DNA of 64,000 bases from an uncultured delta proteobacterium (GTDB taxonomy: Bacteria; Myxococcota; Myxococcia; Myxococcales; Anaeromyxobacteraceae). The stretch lies in assembly GCA_963766715.1 (NCBI GenBank), contig CAVYBH010000012.1:544001-608000 (forward strand), in the 5' to 3' direction. The notes under the pieces were generated by a model. It saw only the letters and a program-made list of their open reading frames with translations. It was not told where the DNA came from and did no database searches. Both the position numbers and the translations under genes were made by a program. Of the stretch, positions 32,612 to 43,885 are shown in pieces (within the stretch, counting starts at the first letter, position 1; each line of letters begins with the position of its first letter).

Positions 32612-35368
32612 TCAATTGCGTTGCAGGGCCTGCGTGAGGGCGTCGGCGATCCGCTTGGCCTCGGTCCCCTCGACGCGACGCCCGTCCCGGGTCCGGACGT
32701 AGAAGGCGTCGGCGGCGCGGTGCCCCTCGGTGGTGATGCGGGCCAGGTCCACCGTCAGCCCCAGGTCGAAGAAGGTCCGGGAAAGCGTGTGCAGGAGGCC
32801 CACCCGGTCGGCCGTGAAGACGTCGATCACGCTGTGGTGGCGCGCGCTGTCGTTGTCGATGACCACCTTGGTGGCCACCCGCGGCAGGGGCTTGGCCGGG
32901 AGCTGCGAGGCCTTCAGGCGCCGGGCCATGAGCTCCTCGAGGCCGATCTCCCCCTCCAGGACGCGCTGCAGGTCGGCGCGGGCCGCCCTCCAGCGGACCG
33001 GGTCGATGGCCCCGCCGTCCGGGCCGCGCAGCTCGAAGAGGTCGAGTGCCCTTCCCGCCACCCATCCCAGCGCCTCGTCGTTCGGGGTGGAGAAGACCTC
33101 GGCGTGCTGGATGTCGATCCGATGGGCGGCCAGGACGCCGGCCACGAGCGCGAGGAGGCCCGCGCGATCGCTCGCCGTGAGCGCGAGGTCGGAGTGGCCC
33201 AGCGCGGGGCGGTGGCGGACCACGGCGGCGAGCGGCATCCGGCGCCCCATCTCGAGGAGGCGGAGATGCCGCGGCGCCTGGGCGGGCAGCTCGGTGAGGA
33301 AATAGCGCGCCGGCATGGCCGCGACGAAGCGGTCGCGCTCCACGGAGGGAACGTGCCGGGCGTCGAGGGCCGCGGCCACCGACGCACGGCCCTGGGCCTC
33401 GTGGGTGCCCGGCACGGGCCGCCCCTTCTCGCCGGCGGCGGTGAGGACGGCGCGGGTCTTCTCGTAGAGATCCCGGAGCAACCGCCCCTTCCACTCGGTC
33501 CAGGTCTTCGGCCCGACCGTGGCGATGTCCGCGTAGGTGAGGAGGTAGAGCTTGTCGAGCCGGTCGACCGTCCCGACCTCCTCGGCGAAGGCGTGGATGA
33601 GGTCCGGATCGGAGAGGTCGCGGCGCTGCGCGATGTTGGCCATGCGAAGGTGCTTCGCCACCAGCCACTCGATGTCGGCGGCGTCGTCGGGGTCGATCCC
33701 CATCCGGACGCAGGCGGCCGCGGCGATCTCGGCGCCGCGCGTGGAATGGTCCTTTCCGGATCCCTTGCCGATGTCGTGGAAGAGCGTCCCGAGGTACAGG
33801 CCGAGCGGGCGCGGAAGCGCCTGCATGAGCGGCGTCAGCCCCTCCACCTGGAGGTCGCCGGTGCGCAGCGCGAAGAGCCGCCGGACCGCGAACAGGCTGT
33901 GAACGTCCACCGTGTACACGTGGTAGAGGTCGATCTGGCGCCGGGCGGTGACGCGCGCGAACTCGGGAATCACGCGCTCGAAGACCCCCAGCTCGTGCAT
34001 CGTCCCCAGGAAGCGCCCGCGGGTCCCGGGCCGGGTGAACATGGCGAGCAGCTCCTGGTTCAGCTCGGGATCGGCGGCCCCCTCGGCCGGGAACTCGGAG
34101 GCGGCCTGGGCCGCCACGTCCCGCGCGAACGGATAGAGGTCGAGACCCTCCCGGTCGGCGGCCGCGAAGAGCCGCACGAGCGACGCCGGCGAGCGACGGA
34201 GGATGTCGCGGTCGGCGACCGTGAGCCGGCCGCGAAACACCTTGAACTCCCCGCCCGCGAGCGGACGCGCGTCGGGCGACGGCGCGGTCGGCTCGGCTCC
34301 CTTGCGGGACGCGAGCGCGTCGGCCCTGCGCCAGGGCTTCGCGCGGGCCGGCTCGAGGCAGCGGTCGACGAGCGCGTCGCTGGCGACGAGGATGGTCTTC
34401 GCGGCCAGGTAGTAGTGGCGCATGAAGTCCTCGGCCGCCGCGTCCCCGTCGCCGTAGCCCATGAAGGCGGCCACCTGCGCCTGGAGGTCGAAGGTGATCT
34501 GGTCGGTCTTTCGCCCGGTCGCGTAGTGGAGCTGGTTCCGGATGCGCCAGACGAAGTCCCGGGCGCTGCGCAGCTCGCGGACCTCCTGCTCCGGGAGCAA
34601 GGCCCGGGCGAGCAGGTCGGTGATGCCCGCCACCTTGAAGCGCGCCCGCGCCGCCCACAGTCCGAGCTGGAGGTCGCGCAGCCCGCCCTCCGACTGCTTG
34701 AGGTTGGGCTCGAGCAGGTAGATCGAGTCGCCGAACTTCTCCCGGCGCTCGCGCGCCTCCTTCATCTTGTCGAAGATGAAGGCGTCGACCTTGGCCTGCG
34801 ACAGTCCGTGCAGCTGGTCCCGCTCCAGCTCCTGGAAGAGCGCCCGGTCGCCGTGCAGGTGCCGGAGGTCGAGCAGCGCCGTGCGGGCGGTGTGATCGCT
34901 CGCGGCCAGGTCCTCGCAGGCGTGGATGTCGCGGATGCCGTAGCCCACCTCCAGGCGCAGGTCCCAGAGGGCGTACAGGAACTTCTCGCTCGCCTCCTTC
35001 ACGAAGGGACCGGGATCGCGCTTCTCGTGGAGGACGAGCAGGTCGAGGTCGCTGTGGGGGGCGAGCTCCCGGCGGCCGTACCCGCCGAGCGCGATGAGCG
35101 AGACCGGGGTGGGCGCGTGGCTCGCCGCGGCCGCCGCCAGCGACCGCTCCCAGAGCGCCGCCACGATCCGGTCCATCGCGGCGCTGAGCAGCCGGACCAC
35201 GGTCCGCCCGCTTCCGCCTGCGACGTGGACGTTCTCGACGTACCCCCGGAGCGAGGCGAAGTCCGCCTTCACGTCCCCGGTGAGCGGCGGCATCGACTCG
35301 AGCCGCGACTCGAACTCGTAGGGGGCGGCCTGGGGCAGCTTCGCGAAGGAGGCGTCCTGGACGAGCAT
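32612..35368 (-). CDS. glnD: [Protein-PII] uridylyltransferase
   Basis: ALGGYGRRELAPHSDLD, EPNLKQSEGGLRD, HVYTVDVH, HDIGKG, two ACT domains (DRAGLL, DRVGLL). Confidence 0.96.
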   Translation of the reverse strand: MLVQDASFAKLPQAAPYEFESRLESMPPLTGDVKADFASLRGYVENVHVAGGSGRTVVRLLSAAMDRIVAALWERSLAAAAASHAPTPVSLIALGGYGRRELAPHSDLDLLVLHEKRDPGPFVKEASEKFLYALWDLRLEVGYGIRDIHACEDLAASDHTARTALLDLRHLHGDRALFQELERDQLHGLSQAKVDAFIFDKMKEARERREKFGDSIYLLEPNLKQSEGGLRDLQLGLWAARARFKVAGITDLLARALLPEQEVRELRSARDFVWRIRNQLHYATGRKTDQITFDLQAQVAAFMGYGDGDAAAEDFMRHYYLAAKTILVASDALVDRCLEPARAKPWRRADALASRKGAEPTAPSPDARPLAGGEFKVFRGRLTVADRDILRRSPASLVRLFAAADREGLDLYPFARDVAAQAASEFPAEGAADPELNQELLAMFTRPGTRGRFLGTMHELGVFERVIPEFARVTARRQIDLYHVYTVDVHSLFAVRRLFALRTGDLQVEGLTPLMQALPRPLGLYLGTLFHDIGKGSGKDHSTRGAEIAAAACVRMGIDPDDAADIEWLVAKHLRMANIAQRRDLSDPDLIHAFAEEVGTVDRLDKLYLLTYADIATVGPKTWTEWKGRLLRDLYEKTRAVLTAAGEKGRPVPGTHEAQGRASVAAALDARHVPSVERDRFVAAMPARYFLTELPAQAPRHLRLLEMGRRMPLAAVVRHRPALGHSDLALTASDRAGLLALVAGVLAAHRIDIQHAEVFSTPNDEALGWVAGRALDLFELRGPDGGAIDPVRWRAARADLQRVLEGEIGLEELMARRLKASQLPAKPLPRVATKVVIDNDSARHHSVIDVFTADRVGLLHTLSRTFFDLGLTVDLARITTEGHRAADAFYVRTRDGRRVEGTEAKRIADALTQALQRN

Positions 35369-35415
35369 GGCGCTTCCCTATAACCCGGGTCCCGGGACTT
35401 CCGCCGCCCCGCCCG

Positions 35416-37202
35416 TCATCGGGCAGCCACCCGCGTCTGGCCGGCGAACTCGGTGACGGCGCGCGCCACGCCGTCCGCCACCAGCTCCTGGTAGGCGGGG
35501 CTGGCGAGCTGCTTCTCCTCGGCGCGATTCGAGATGAACGCGGTCTCCACCAGCACGGCCGGCATCCGGGCGCCGAGGAGGACGTAGAAGAGCGCGTTCT
35601 TGACCCCGCGATCCCGGACCGGGTCCCGGGACTGGCGGGCCCGGCTGGTGATCTCCTTCTGGACCAGGCGGGCCAGCGTCCGCGAGGCGCCGGCGCTGGC
35701 CTTCGAGTCGAGGTCGGTGAGGATGCGCTGCACGTCCTTGGGGGAGTCGTCCAGCTCGAGGGAGCCGTTCTCGCGCGCGGCCAGCCGGCGGGCGTAGCGG
35801 TCGTCGGTCACGTTGAGGAAGTAGGTCTCGATCCCGCCTCGATCGCGCCGCGGGTTGGCGTTGGTGTGGAGGGAGACGAAGAGGTCGCCCCGGGCCATGT
35901 TGGCCATGGCGGTCCGCTCCTCCAGCTTCAGGTACCGATCGTCGGTCCGGGTGAGCGTCACCTCGAACCCCTGCGACCGGAGCTTGTCGGCGAGTCGCTT
36001 CGCCATGGACAGCGTGACGTCCTTCTCCCGCACGCCGCGCGGACCGATGGCGCCGGTGTCGTGCCCTCCGTGTCCGGCGTCGACGATGATGCGCCGGATC
36101 GGGCGCCGGGCCGACTCCGCCTCCTCGTCGTCGGGAGCCGCCCGGGGCACGGCCCGCGCGATGGCCTCGCGCTGGGCCTCCCGGACGCCGAGATCGACGA
36201 TCAGGCGCGGGGGATCTCCCAGGGTGAAGACCTGGAACGCCTCCTGTCCCTTGAGCTCGAGGACCACGCGGACGGTATCCGGCCCGTTCTGCGCCACGCG
36301 GACCCGGTGAAGGAGCGAGTCGCCCACCTGGCGCATGGCTCCCAGCCCCTCGAGCTGGGCCGGGTGAAGGTCGAGCGCGAGGCGACGTGGGTGGTCGCGG
36401 TCGGCGGGAATCTCCTGCTTCTCGAAGGCCACGGGTTGCGACAGGTAGACCGCGACGCGGGTGTAGTCGGCGTTCGACCAGGTCTGGACCTCGGAGACGC
36501 GGGCAGGCTCCGTTCCGGAGGCTGCCTTCGAGGCCGGCGCCGCCGGGGCCGGCTCCGCCTCGGCAACGGCCTCCTCGAGGACGGGATCGAGGTCGTCTTC
36601 CGACTCCTCGACCGGCGCCGCCCGGTGGCGACGGCGGCGGCGACCGGCGGTGAGGCCGGCGCCGGGGAAGGCGGAACGGTGCGGCGCGGAAGGGGCGCTG
36701 CCGGCGGGGGAGGCTGCTTCCGGGTCGGGGCCTTGGCGACGGCCACGGGCGCATCGTCGCCCGCTTCCCGGCGGATCGCCGCCGCCAGCGCAGCGGCCTC
36801 GTGGACGCCCAGCTTGGACGCGCGTCCGGCCAGGACGATGGCCTTCTCCCGGTCCGATTCCACGGCGGAGAAGCGGTAGAGGGCGTAGCGACCCCTGGCG
36901 GCATCGAGCAGGGCAGGCCCCGCATCGGGTCCCCGGGCCGCCCGTTCGAGGGAGCCGATGGCCCTCTCCCAGTTGTGGCGGTAGCGGCGCTTCGCCGGGC
37001 TCTTCTTCACCGCCGCGAGCTCCGCCCGCGCCTTCTGCAGGGCCGGCGACGGGGACCGGGGCGCCGAGGCGCGCGTGGAGGTCGCCGTCCCCTTGGTCCC
37101 CTTGGAGGTCCCCTTCCCCTCCGCCTCGACCGGGCCGACGAGCATCGCGGCGGCGAGGATCGCGACCGGGGCGAGGCGAAGCCTGGAGGGGAGCCGGGAC
37201 AT
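35416..37202 (-). CDS. N-acetylmuramoyl-L-alanine amidase with AMIN-like domain (frameshift near 36610)
   Basis: Signal peptide; DAGHGGHDTGA, EKDVTL, FVSLHTNA, PAVLVETAFISN. Confidence 0.9.
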
Positions 37203-37288
37203 GAGCCGGCTCCAACCTACGCCGGCTGATATCGCAATCCAGTTTTCGGTATGATTCCGGGCTCCACCCCGCCACGGAGGTCGGAATC

Positions 37289-37954
37289 ATGCCCACCGAG
37301 AAGCGCGTCGGAGTCATCCTGTCGGGGAGCGGCTTCCTCGACGGCGCCGAGATCCAGGAGGCGACCCTCACCCTCCTCTTCCTCGACCGCAAGGGGGCGA
37401 AGGTCACCGCGATGGCCCCCAACGTCCGGCAGATGCACGTCGTCGACCACGTGAAGGGGGAGCCGGCCGCGGGCGAGACCCGGAACGTGCTCGCGGAGGC
37501 GGCCCGGATCACGCGAGGGGCCATCGTCGACGTGAAGACGGTGAAGGCCGCCGACCTCGACGCCCTCATCCTCCCCGGGGGCTACGGCGCGGCGAAGAAC
37601 CTCTGCACGTTCGCGACCGAGGGGGTGAAGCTCCAGGTCGACCCGGACGTCGAGCGACTGGTCCGGGACATGGCGACGGCCGGCAAGCCGCTCGGCTTCA
37701 TCTGCATCGCGCCGGTGATCGCGGCCAAGGTGCTGGGCTCCAGGAAGGTGAAGCTCACCATCGGCAACGACCCGGCCACGGCGTCGGCCCTGAACGCGCT
37801 CGGCGCCATCCACGTCGAGACGCCCGTCGACCAGATCGTGGTCGACGAGAAGAACAAGGTCGTCTCCACGCCCGCCTACATGCTCGGGCCGTCAATCGCG
37901 CCCGTCTCGGCGGGGATCGAGAAGCTGGTATCGGCTGTCCTGGAAATGGCCTGA
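37289..37954 (+). CDS. elbB: ElbB/ES1-family (DJ-1-like) glyoxalase
   Basis: LSGSGFLDGAEIQE, RNVLAEAARI, PGGYGAAKNL, ICIAP, STPAYM. Confidence 0.92.
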   Translation: MPTEKRVGVILSGSGFLDGAEIQEATLTLLFLDRKGAKVTAMAPNVRQMHVVDHVKGEPAAGETRNVLAEAARITRGAIVDVKTVKAADLDALILPGGYGAAKNLCTFATEGVKLQVDPDVERLVRDMATAGKPLGFICIAPVIAAKVLGSRKVKLTIGNDPATASALNALGAIHVETPVDQIVVDEKNKVVSTPAYMLGPSIAPVSAGIEKLVSAVLEMA

Positions 37955-37966
37955 ACGTCACGACCA

Positions 37967-37980
37967 TTGACGGCGATCAA
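37967..37980 (+). promoter_or_regulatory. Candidate FNR/CRP-family binding site upstream of cytochrome c7
   Basis: TTGAC-GGCG-ATCAA, 9/10 match to TTGAT-N4-ATCAA; -10-like TATGATTCT at 38000-38008. Confidence 0.55.
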
Positions 37981-38113
37981 GGCGGAGGGCGCGCGGGAAT
38001 ATGATTCTGCGCCGTCGTGAATCTTCGCGGGCGAGGTTCGTCCGTAGGTCAAACCAACGGTTCCTTCCGGATCACTCCTCCGGCTGGAACGCCAACTGAG
38101 AAGGGGGAGTCCA

Positions 38114-38407
38114 GTGAAGAAGATCCTCAGCGCCGTCCTCGCCGTCGCCTTCATCGCCGTTGCGTCCACCGCCGTCGCCGCTCCGCCGCCCGCCGAGGTC
38201 GTCCTCAAGGGCGCGACCCAGGCGCCGGTCACCTTCAACCACAAGGCTCACCAGGGCCAGGGCTGCAAGAAGTGCCACGGTGAAGGCGCCCCCGGCAAGA
38301 TCGAGCTGACGAAGGACAAGGCCCACGCCCTCTGCACCGACTGCCACAAGGAGAAGGCCAAGGGCCCCGCCGACGCCAAGACCTGCACGACCTGCCACAA
38401 GAAGTAG
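38114..38407 (+). CDS. Periplasmic triheme cytochrome c7 (PpcA-like, c3 family)
   Basis: Signal peptide; VTFNHKAH; three CXXCH motifs (CKKCH, CTDCH, CTTCH); Lys-rich. Confidence 0.93.
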   Translation: MKKILSAVLAVAFIAVASTAVAAPPPAEVVLKGATQAPVTFNHKAHQGQGCKKCHGEGAPGKIELTKDKAHALCTDCHKEKAKGPADAKTCTTCHKK

Positions 38408-38429
38408 GCAAATCGGCGTCTGCTGAACC

Positions 38430-38462
38430 GAAGGGCCGGGCAACCGGCCCTTCTTCTTTTTC
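38430..38462 (+). terminator. Intrinsic terminator
   Basis: GAAGGGCCGG-GCAA-CCGGCCCTTC hairpin followed by a T-rich tract. Confidence 0.85.
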
Positions 38463-38471
38463 CGGGGTCCG

Positions 38472-41112
38472 CTACTCGAGCCGGCGCTTCATCGCGGCGA
38501 GCAGGTTCAGGGCCTCGAGCGGCGTCAGCGAATCGAGTGCGAGCTCGCGGAGCTCGGTGCGGAGCCGTTCGACCCGGGGATCGGGCGCGGCGAAGAGCCC
38601 GAGCTGGTCGGCGCGCGCGGCGTCACGCCGACGGGATCCGCGCGCCAGCGCGGCGTGGCCGGCATCGTCGACCTCGAGCGATTCCAGGTTGCGCAGGATC
38701 TCCCGTGCCCGGACCAGCACCTCGGCCGGCAGCCCGGCCAGCTTGGCCACCTCGATGCCGTAGCTCCGGGAGGCCCCACCGGCCACGAGCTTCCGCAGGA
38801 AGACGACCTTGTCTCCCACCTCGCGCACGGCGACCGTGAGGTTCCGGACGCGCGGACGCTCCCGGGCCAGGTCCTGGAGCTCGTGGTAGTGGGTCGCGAA
38901 GAGCGTCCGGCACCCGGTCCTGTCGTGCAGGTGCTCGGCCACCGCCCAGGCGATCGACAGGCCGTCGAAGGTGGAGGTGCCGCGCCCGATCTCGTCGAGG
39001 ATGACGAAGGAGCGACGGGTGGCGTTGTGCAGGATCGCCGCGGTCTCCGTCATCTCCACCATGAAGGTGGATCGTCCGCGAGCCAGGTCGTCGGAGGCGC
39101 CCACCCGCGTGAAGATCCGGTCGACCACCCCGACCCGCGCGCGATCGGCGGGGACGAAGCTCCCCACCTGCGCCATGAGGGTGATGAGCGCGGCCTGGCG
39201 CATGACGGTGCTCTTGCCCGCCATGTTCGGGCCGGTGATGACGAGCAGCTGCCCGGCCTCGTCGGACGCGCTCGACGCCACCAGCACGTCGTTCGGCACG
39301 AAGCCGCCCGAGTCGACCGGCAGCGTGGCCTCGACCACCGGATGGCGTCCCCCCACGATCTCGAGGACCTCCGAGCCGTCGAGCGACGGGCGCCGGTAGC
39401 CGCGCTCGGCGGCGACCCGCCCGAGGGAGAGGAGCACGTCGGCGGTCGCGACCGCCGAGGCCGCGCCGCGCAGCCGCCCGGTCTCCGACACCACCCGCGT
39501 CCGGAGCTCCTCGAAGATCCGCTCCTCGATGGCGAACCGCTTCTCCTCGGCGCCGAGCACCTGCTCCTCGAGCTCCTTCAGCTCGGGGGTGACGAAGCGC
39601 TCGCCCCCGACCGTGGTCTGTCGCCGCTGGTAGTCGTCCGGGACCAGGTGGAGGTTGGGCTTCGTGACCTCGATGTAGTAGCCGAAGACCCGGTTGTACC
39701 GGACCTTGAGCGAACCGATCCCGGTGCGCTGCCGCTCGCGGGCCTCGAGCGAGGCGATGACTCCCTTTCCGTTCTCGGAGAGCTCGACGACCCGGTCGAG
39801 CTCCTCCGACCACCCGCGCCGGATCATCCCCCCTTCACCCGTGGTCGCTGGCGGCTCGTCGGCGACGGACCGCTCCAGGTGCCCTGCCAGATCCTCCAGG
39901 CCGCGCAGGGCGCGCCCGGTCTCGGCGAGCATGGGCGCCCCTGCCCCTTCGAGGAGGTCGGCGGCCGCCGGGAGGGCCGAGAGCGAGCTCGCCAGCGCCC
40001 GGAGGTCGCGGGCATTGCCCTGCCGGAGCGCGAGGCGCGAGAGCAGCCGCTCCACGTCCGCCACCGGGCGGAGCGCGGCGGCGAGGGATTCCCGGAGCAC
40101 CGCCCCCCCGACGAGCGCCTCCACGGCGTCGAGCCTCCGCTCCAGCGCCTCGACGTTCGTGAGGGGATACCGGAACCACTCGGCGAGCCGCCGCCCCCCG
40201 CCCCCGGTCACCGTCCGGTCGAGCAGGCCGACGAGCGAGCCCTTCCTGCGCGCGCCCGTCAGGGTGCGCTCGATCTCCAGATTCGCCCGGGTGCTCTCGT
40301 CGAGCAGGAGCACGTCGTCGGTGGGCAGCCGGGAGATCCGGTCGACGTGACGGGGCTCGGTGCGCTGGGTCTCGACCAGGTAGTGGAGCGCGCCCGCCGC
40401 CGCGGCCACCCCCCGCGACAGGTCCCCGACCCCGAACCCGTCCAGGCCGGCGACCCCGAGGTGCCGGGCCAGGCGGGCCTCGCCCCGGTGGAAGGCCTCG
40501 TCCTCCACCTGCGCGAGGGGCACGCCCACCGCCCTGGCCAGCTCGGCCCCGCGCGGCGTCGCCGCATCGGCCCGCGGACAGGAGCAGCTCCCGGATCCCG
40601 GCGCGGCAGAGCTCCTCGGCGAGGCGGGTGTCGGTGGCGACCTCGCCGCAGCGCAGCTCACCGGTGGTGGCGTCGAGGAGCGCCAGCCCTCCGCCCGCGC
40701 CGGCCGGGTCGAGGACCGCGACGCCCAGGTAGCTCGACTCGCGCGGCTCGAGCGAGGCCTCGTCGAGCACGGTGCCCGGCGTGACGACGCGGGTGACCTC
40801 CCGGCGCACGATTCCGGTCCGTCCCGGCGGCTCGACCTGGTCGCAGATGGCGACCTTGAATCCCCGCTCCAGCAGCCGGGCCACGTATCCCCGGGCGGCG
40901 TGGTGCGGAACGCCGCACATCGGGATCTTGCCGTCCCCCTTGGCGCGCGAGGTGAGCGTGATCTGCAGCGCCTCGGAGGCCTGGACGGCATCCTCGTTGA
41001 ACATCTCGTAGAAGTCGCCCAGGCGGAAGAAGAGGATCGCGTCCGGATACCTCGCCTTCACCTCGAGGTACTGGCGCATCATGGGGGTCGCGGGCTGGGC
41101 GATCTCGGCCAC
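38472..41112 (-). CDS. mutS: DNA mismatch repair protein MutS (frameshift near 40580)
   Basis: [51 protein letters not shown]. Confidence 0.95.
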
Positions 41113-41178
41113 GAGGTGCTTCTAGCACGCCGGTCCCGCAGCGTGGCGGGTCCGCAGCCCCGGTGCTAGCATCCCCGG

Positions 41179-42892
41179 GTGCTTCGCGAGGCCATCCACG
41201 ACCTGAACCGCCTGCGCGAGGTGTCGTCCATCATCGCCCGGCACGGCTTCGGCGCGTACCTGGAGCGGGTGCGGCTCGGGTCGGCCGCCCCACGCCCGGC
41301 CCCCTCGCAGGTTCCCCCGTCCACCGCGCCCGCCACGGACGGCCGGAACGCGGCCCGGTTCCGGCAGATGCTCGTGGACCTGGGTCCGACCTACGTGAAG
41401 CTGGGCCAGCTCCTCTCCAGCCGGCCCGACATCCTGCCCTCGGGGTGGATCGCCGAGCTGTCCCAGCTGCAGGACGCCTGCGAGCCCGTCCCCGTGGCGG
41501 AGATCCGCCTGGCCATCGAGAAGGGGCTGGGGCGCAGCGTCGACGAGGCCTTCGACTGGCTCGACCCCGTTCCCACCGCCAGTGCGTCCATCGCCCAGGT
41601 GCATCGCGCCAGGACCCACGAAGGCGTGGACGTCGCGGTCAAGGTGCAGCGCCCGGGCGTTCGCGCCCAGTTCGAGGGCGATCTCGGGCTGCTCACCTAC
41701 GTGGCCCGTCTCCTCGAGGCCCTCGTCGAGGAGACCGGGGTCTACACGCCCACCGACATCGTCCAGGAGTTCGACCGCGCCATCCACGAGGAGCTCGACT
41801 TCGCGAACGAGGCCAGGAACGCCCGCGACATGGCGGCCGCGTCCCGCGATCTCCCCTTCGTGGTGGTGCCGGGCGTTCACGAGTCCCTCTCCTCCGCCAC
41901 GGTGCTGACCCTCGACTTCGTCGAGGGGATCAAGGTCACCGACCTCGCCGGGCGCATGGGCTACGACCCCGAGCGGGTGGCCCGGAACATCATCGAGGCG
42001 GCCTTCCGCCAGCTCTTCGGCGGGGGCATCTTCCACGGCGATCCGCATCCCGGGAACATCCTCGTCCTGCCCGGGAACCGCATCGCGCTGCTCGACTTCG
42101 GGCTCGTGGGACGCATCGGCCGGCCCATGCAGGAGGCGCTCGTCACCCTCGTCGTCGCGGTCGCGCTTGCGCGATCCGGAGACCGTGGCGCGGGTCCTCT
42201 ACCGCATCGGGATCCCCGACGCCCACACGCCCATCACGGAGCTGCGGGACGACATCTCGGGCATCCTGGATCGGTACCTCGGCCTCAAGCTCGATCAGAT
42301 CCGGTCCTCCACCCTGCTCACGGACATGCTCGACCTGGCCATGCGCCACAAGATCAAGGTCCCGCGGGAGTACGCCCTCCTGGGCAAGGCCTCGGTGACC
42401 ATCGAGGGGCTGATCCGGGGGCTCTACCCGGGGCTCGACGTGATGGAGGTCGGCCTTCCGTACGCGAAGGAGATGCTCTTCTCGCGCTTCCAGCCCGGGG
42501 ACGCCTCCGGGGCCCTGATGAAGTCCCTCCTCAAGCTCCAGGGGCTGGCCGAGGACGTGCCCGCGCAGCTCTCCCAGGTGCTCGCCGACCTCGAGGGCGG
42601 CAAGTTCCGGGTCCAGGTCCGGTCCGAGTCGCTCGACCGGATCGCCGACAACGTGCGATCGCTCGGGCTGACGGTCTTCCTGGGGCTCCTGGCGGGATCG
42701 CTGGCGCTGGGCGGGCTCTTCGTGGTGTCGCGCCAGATGGCCGCGTCGAAGCTCGTGCTCCTGCTCGGCTTCTCGGCGCTGCTCTTCGCGGGCTTCCTCT
42801 TCGGCGCCTCGCTCACCGTCTACTGGCTGGGCGGCAGGATCCCGAAGTTCTCGCTGCGCAAGCTGCTCGGGCGCGGCTCGCGCTCCTCCTGA
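41179..42892 (+). CDS. AarF/ABC1/UbiB-family kinase (frameshift near 42170)
   Basis: LGPTYVKLGQLLS, ASIAQVH, VAVKVQRP, FHGDPHPGN, LDFG; C-terminal TM helices. Confidence 0.9.
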
Positions 42893-43788
42893 CCTCCCAG
42901 GGCCAGGACGCCCACCGCAGCGAGGCGCCACATCTCCGCCAAGGACGCCACGAGCGCGGCGATGACGGCGAGCGCCATCTCCGGGAAGAGGAGCATGGCG
43001 CGAGGGCCGCTCCGCACGCTGCCCGCGAGCGCCCCGAGGATTCCCTGGACCGATCCGGCGGCGAGTGCGGTGGCGAGCCAGACCGCCAGGACCGCGGTCA
43101 GGAGCGCCGCCGGCCGGGCCAGGAAGGAGCGCATGGCTCCGGACAGGGCGCCAGCCGGTCCCTCCCCCCGATCGACGCCCGGGCCACGGCCACGTCGCCG
43201 AGGACGGAAAGGGAGGTCGCGAGCAGGGCGGACGCGGCAAGCGCCCCCGCGGCGACGAAGGCCAGGATGCCGGCCGACCCCGAGGCCTGCGCCTGGGCCC
43301 CGACCCGCACGGCGCCCAGGCCGACGAGCAGGAGCATCGCCTGCCCGCAGCCCGGAGAGGACGATCGCGACGAGGGCGGCCGGCAGCACCCGGTGGAACC
43401 GCCAGGCCACCCCCGAGGCGAACGCCGGTTGCTCTCCACGCCCGCCCGAGAGGCGCCAGGCGACGAGCGGCATCGCCCCCGCGATCCAGGCGACCCGCAG
43501 AGCGCCCCACAGGAGCAGGCCGGCGAGCCAGACGCCGAGGAGGATCGAGCGGGCCCGGGTCGACCCCCAGGTGTGGGCGAGGGAGAGCACCACCTCCCCG
43601 GTGCCCCCGCCGCGCCGGACCGCGCCCACCACGGTGAGCCAGGAGACGGCGGTGAAGAAGGCCATCGCGGGAGCCACCAGGAGCCCCCTCGAGAGGGTGA
43701 CGCCCATGCCCACCCCGGCCATCCACGCCTCGGCCGCGGCGGCGCGAAATCCCGCGCCGAGAGCCTGCCCTACCGTCGGATTCCGCAC
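42820..43788 (-). CDS. Hypothetical multi-pass membrane protein (internal compensating frameshifts)
   Basis: Several hydrophobic helices; the middle part reads hydrophobic in an adjacent frame. Confidence 0.65.
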   Translation of the reverse strand: MRNPTVGQALGAGFRAAAAEAWMAGVGMGVTLSRGLLVAPAMAFFTAVSWLTVVGAVRRGGGTGEVVLSLAHTWGSTRARSILLGVWLAGLLLWGALRVAWIAGAMPLVAWRLSGGRGEQPAFASGVAWRFHRVLPAALVAIVLSGLRAGDAPARRPGRRAGRGPGAGLGVGRHPGLRRRGGACRVRPARDLPFRPRRRGRGPGVDRGEGPAGALSGAMRSFLARPAALLTAVLAVWLATALAAGSVQGILGALAGSVRSGPRAMLLFPEMALAVIAALVASLAEMWRLAAVGVLALGGQEEREPRPSSLRSENFGILPPSQ

Positions 43789-43860
43789 GACCGGACCGTA
43801 CCGCCCCCCTCCCGGAGCGGCAAGGCGGATGAACGGAAGTTGCGCATGAACGTCCGGACG

Positions 43861-43877
43861 GTATACTGGCGTTCAGG
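43861..43877 (+). promoter_or_regulatory. Candidate LexA (SOS) box
   Basis: GTATACTGGCGTTCAGG matches 14/17 of the Myxococcus LexA consensus CTRHAMRYBYGTTCAGS and overlaps the lexA RBS. Confidence 0.65.
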
Positions 43878-43885
43878 AGGTCGAC

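Noticed and set aside
38017..38113. Possible cyclic-dinucleotide (GEMM-I) riboswitch before cytochrome c7
   Set aside because: Only a CAAACC fragment resembles it; I could not find the two-stem structure with its GAAA loop and GCAAAG segment. cmscan would settle it.
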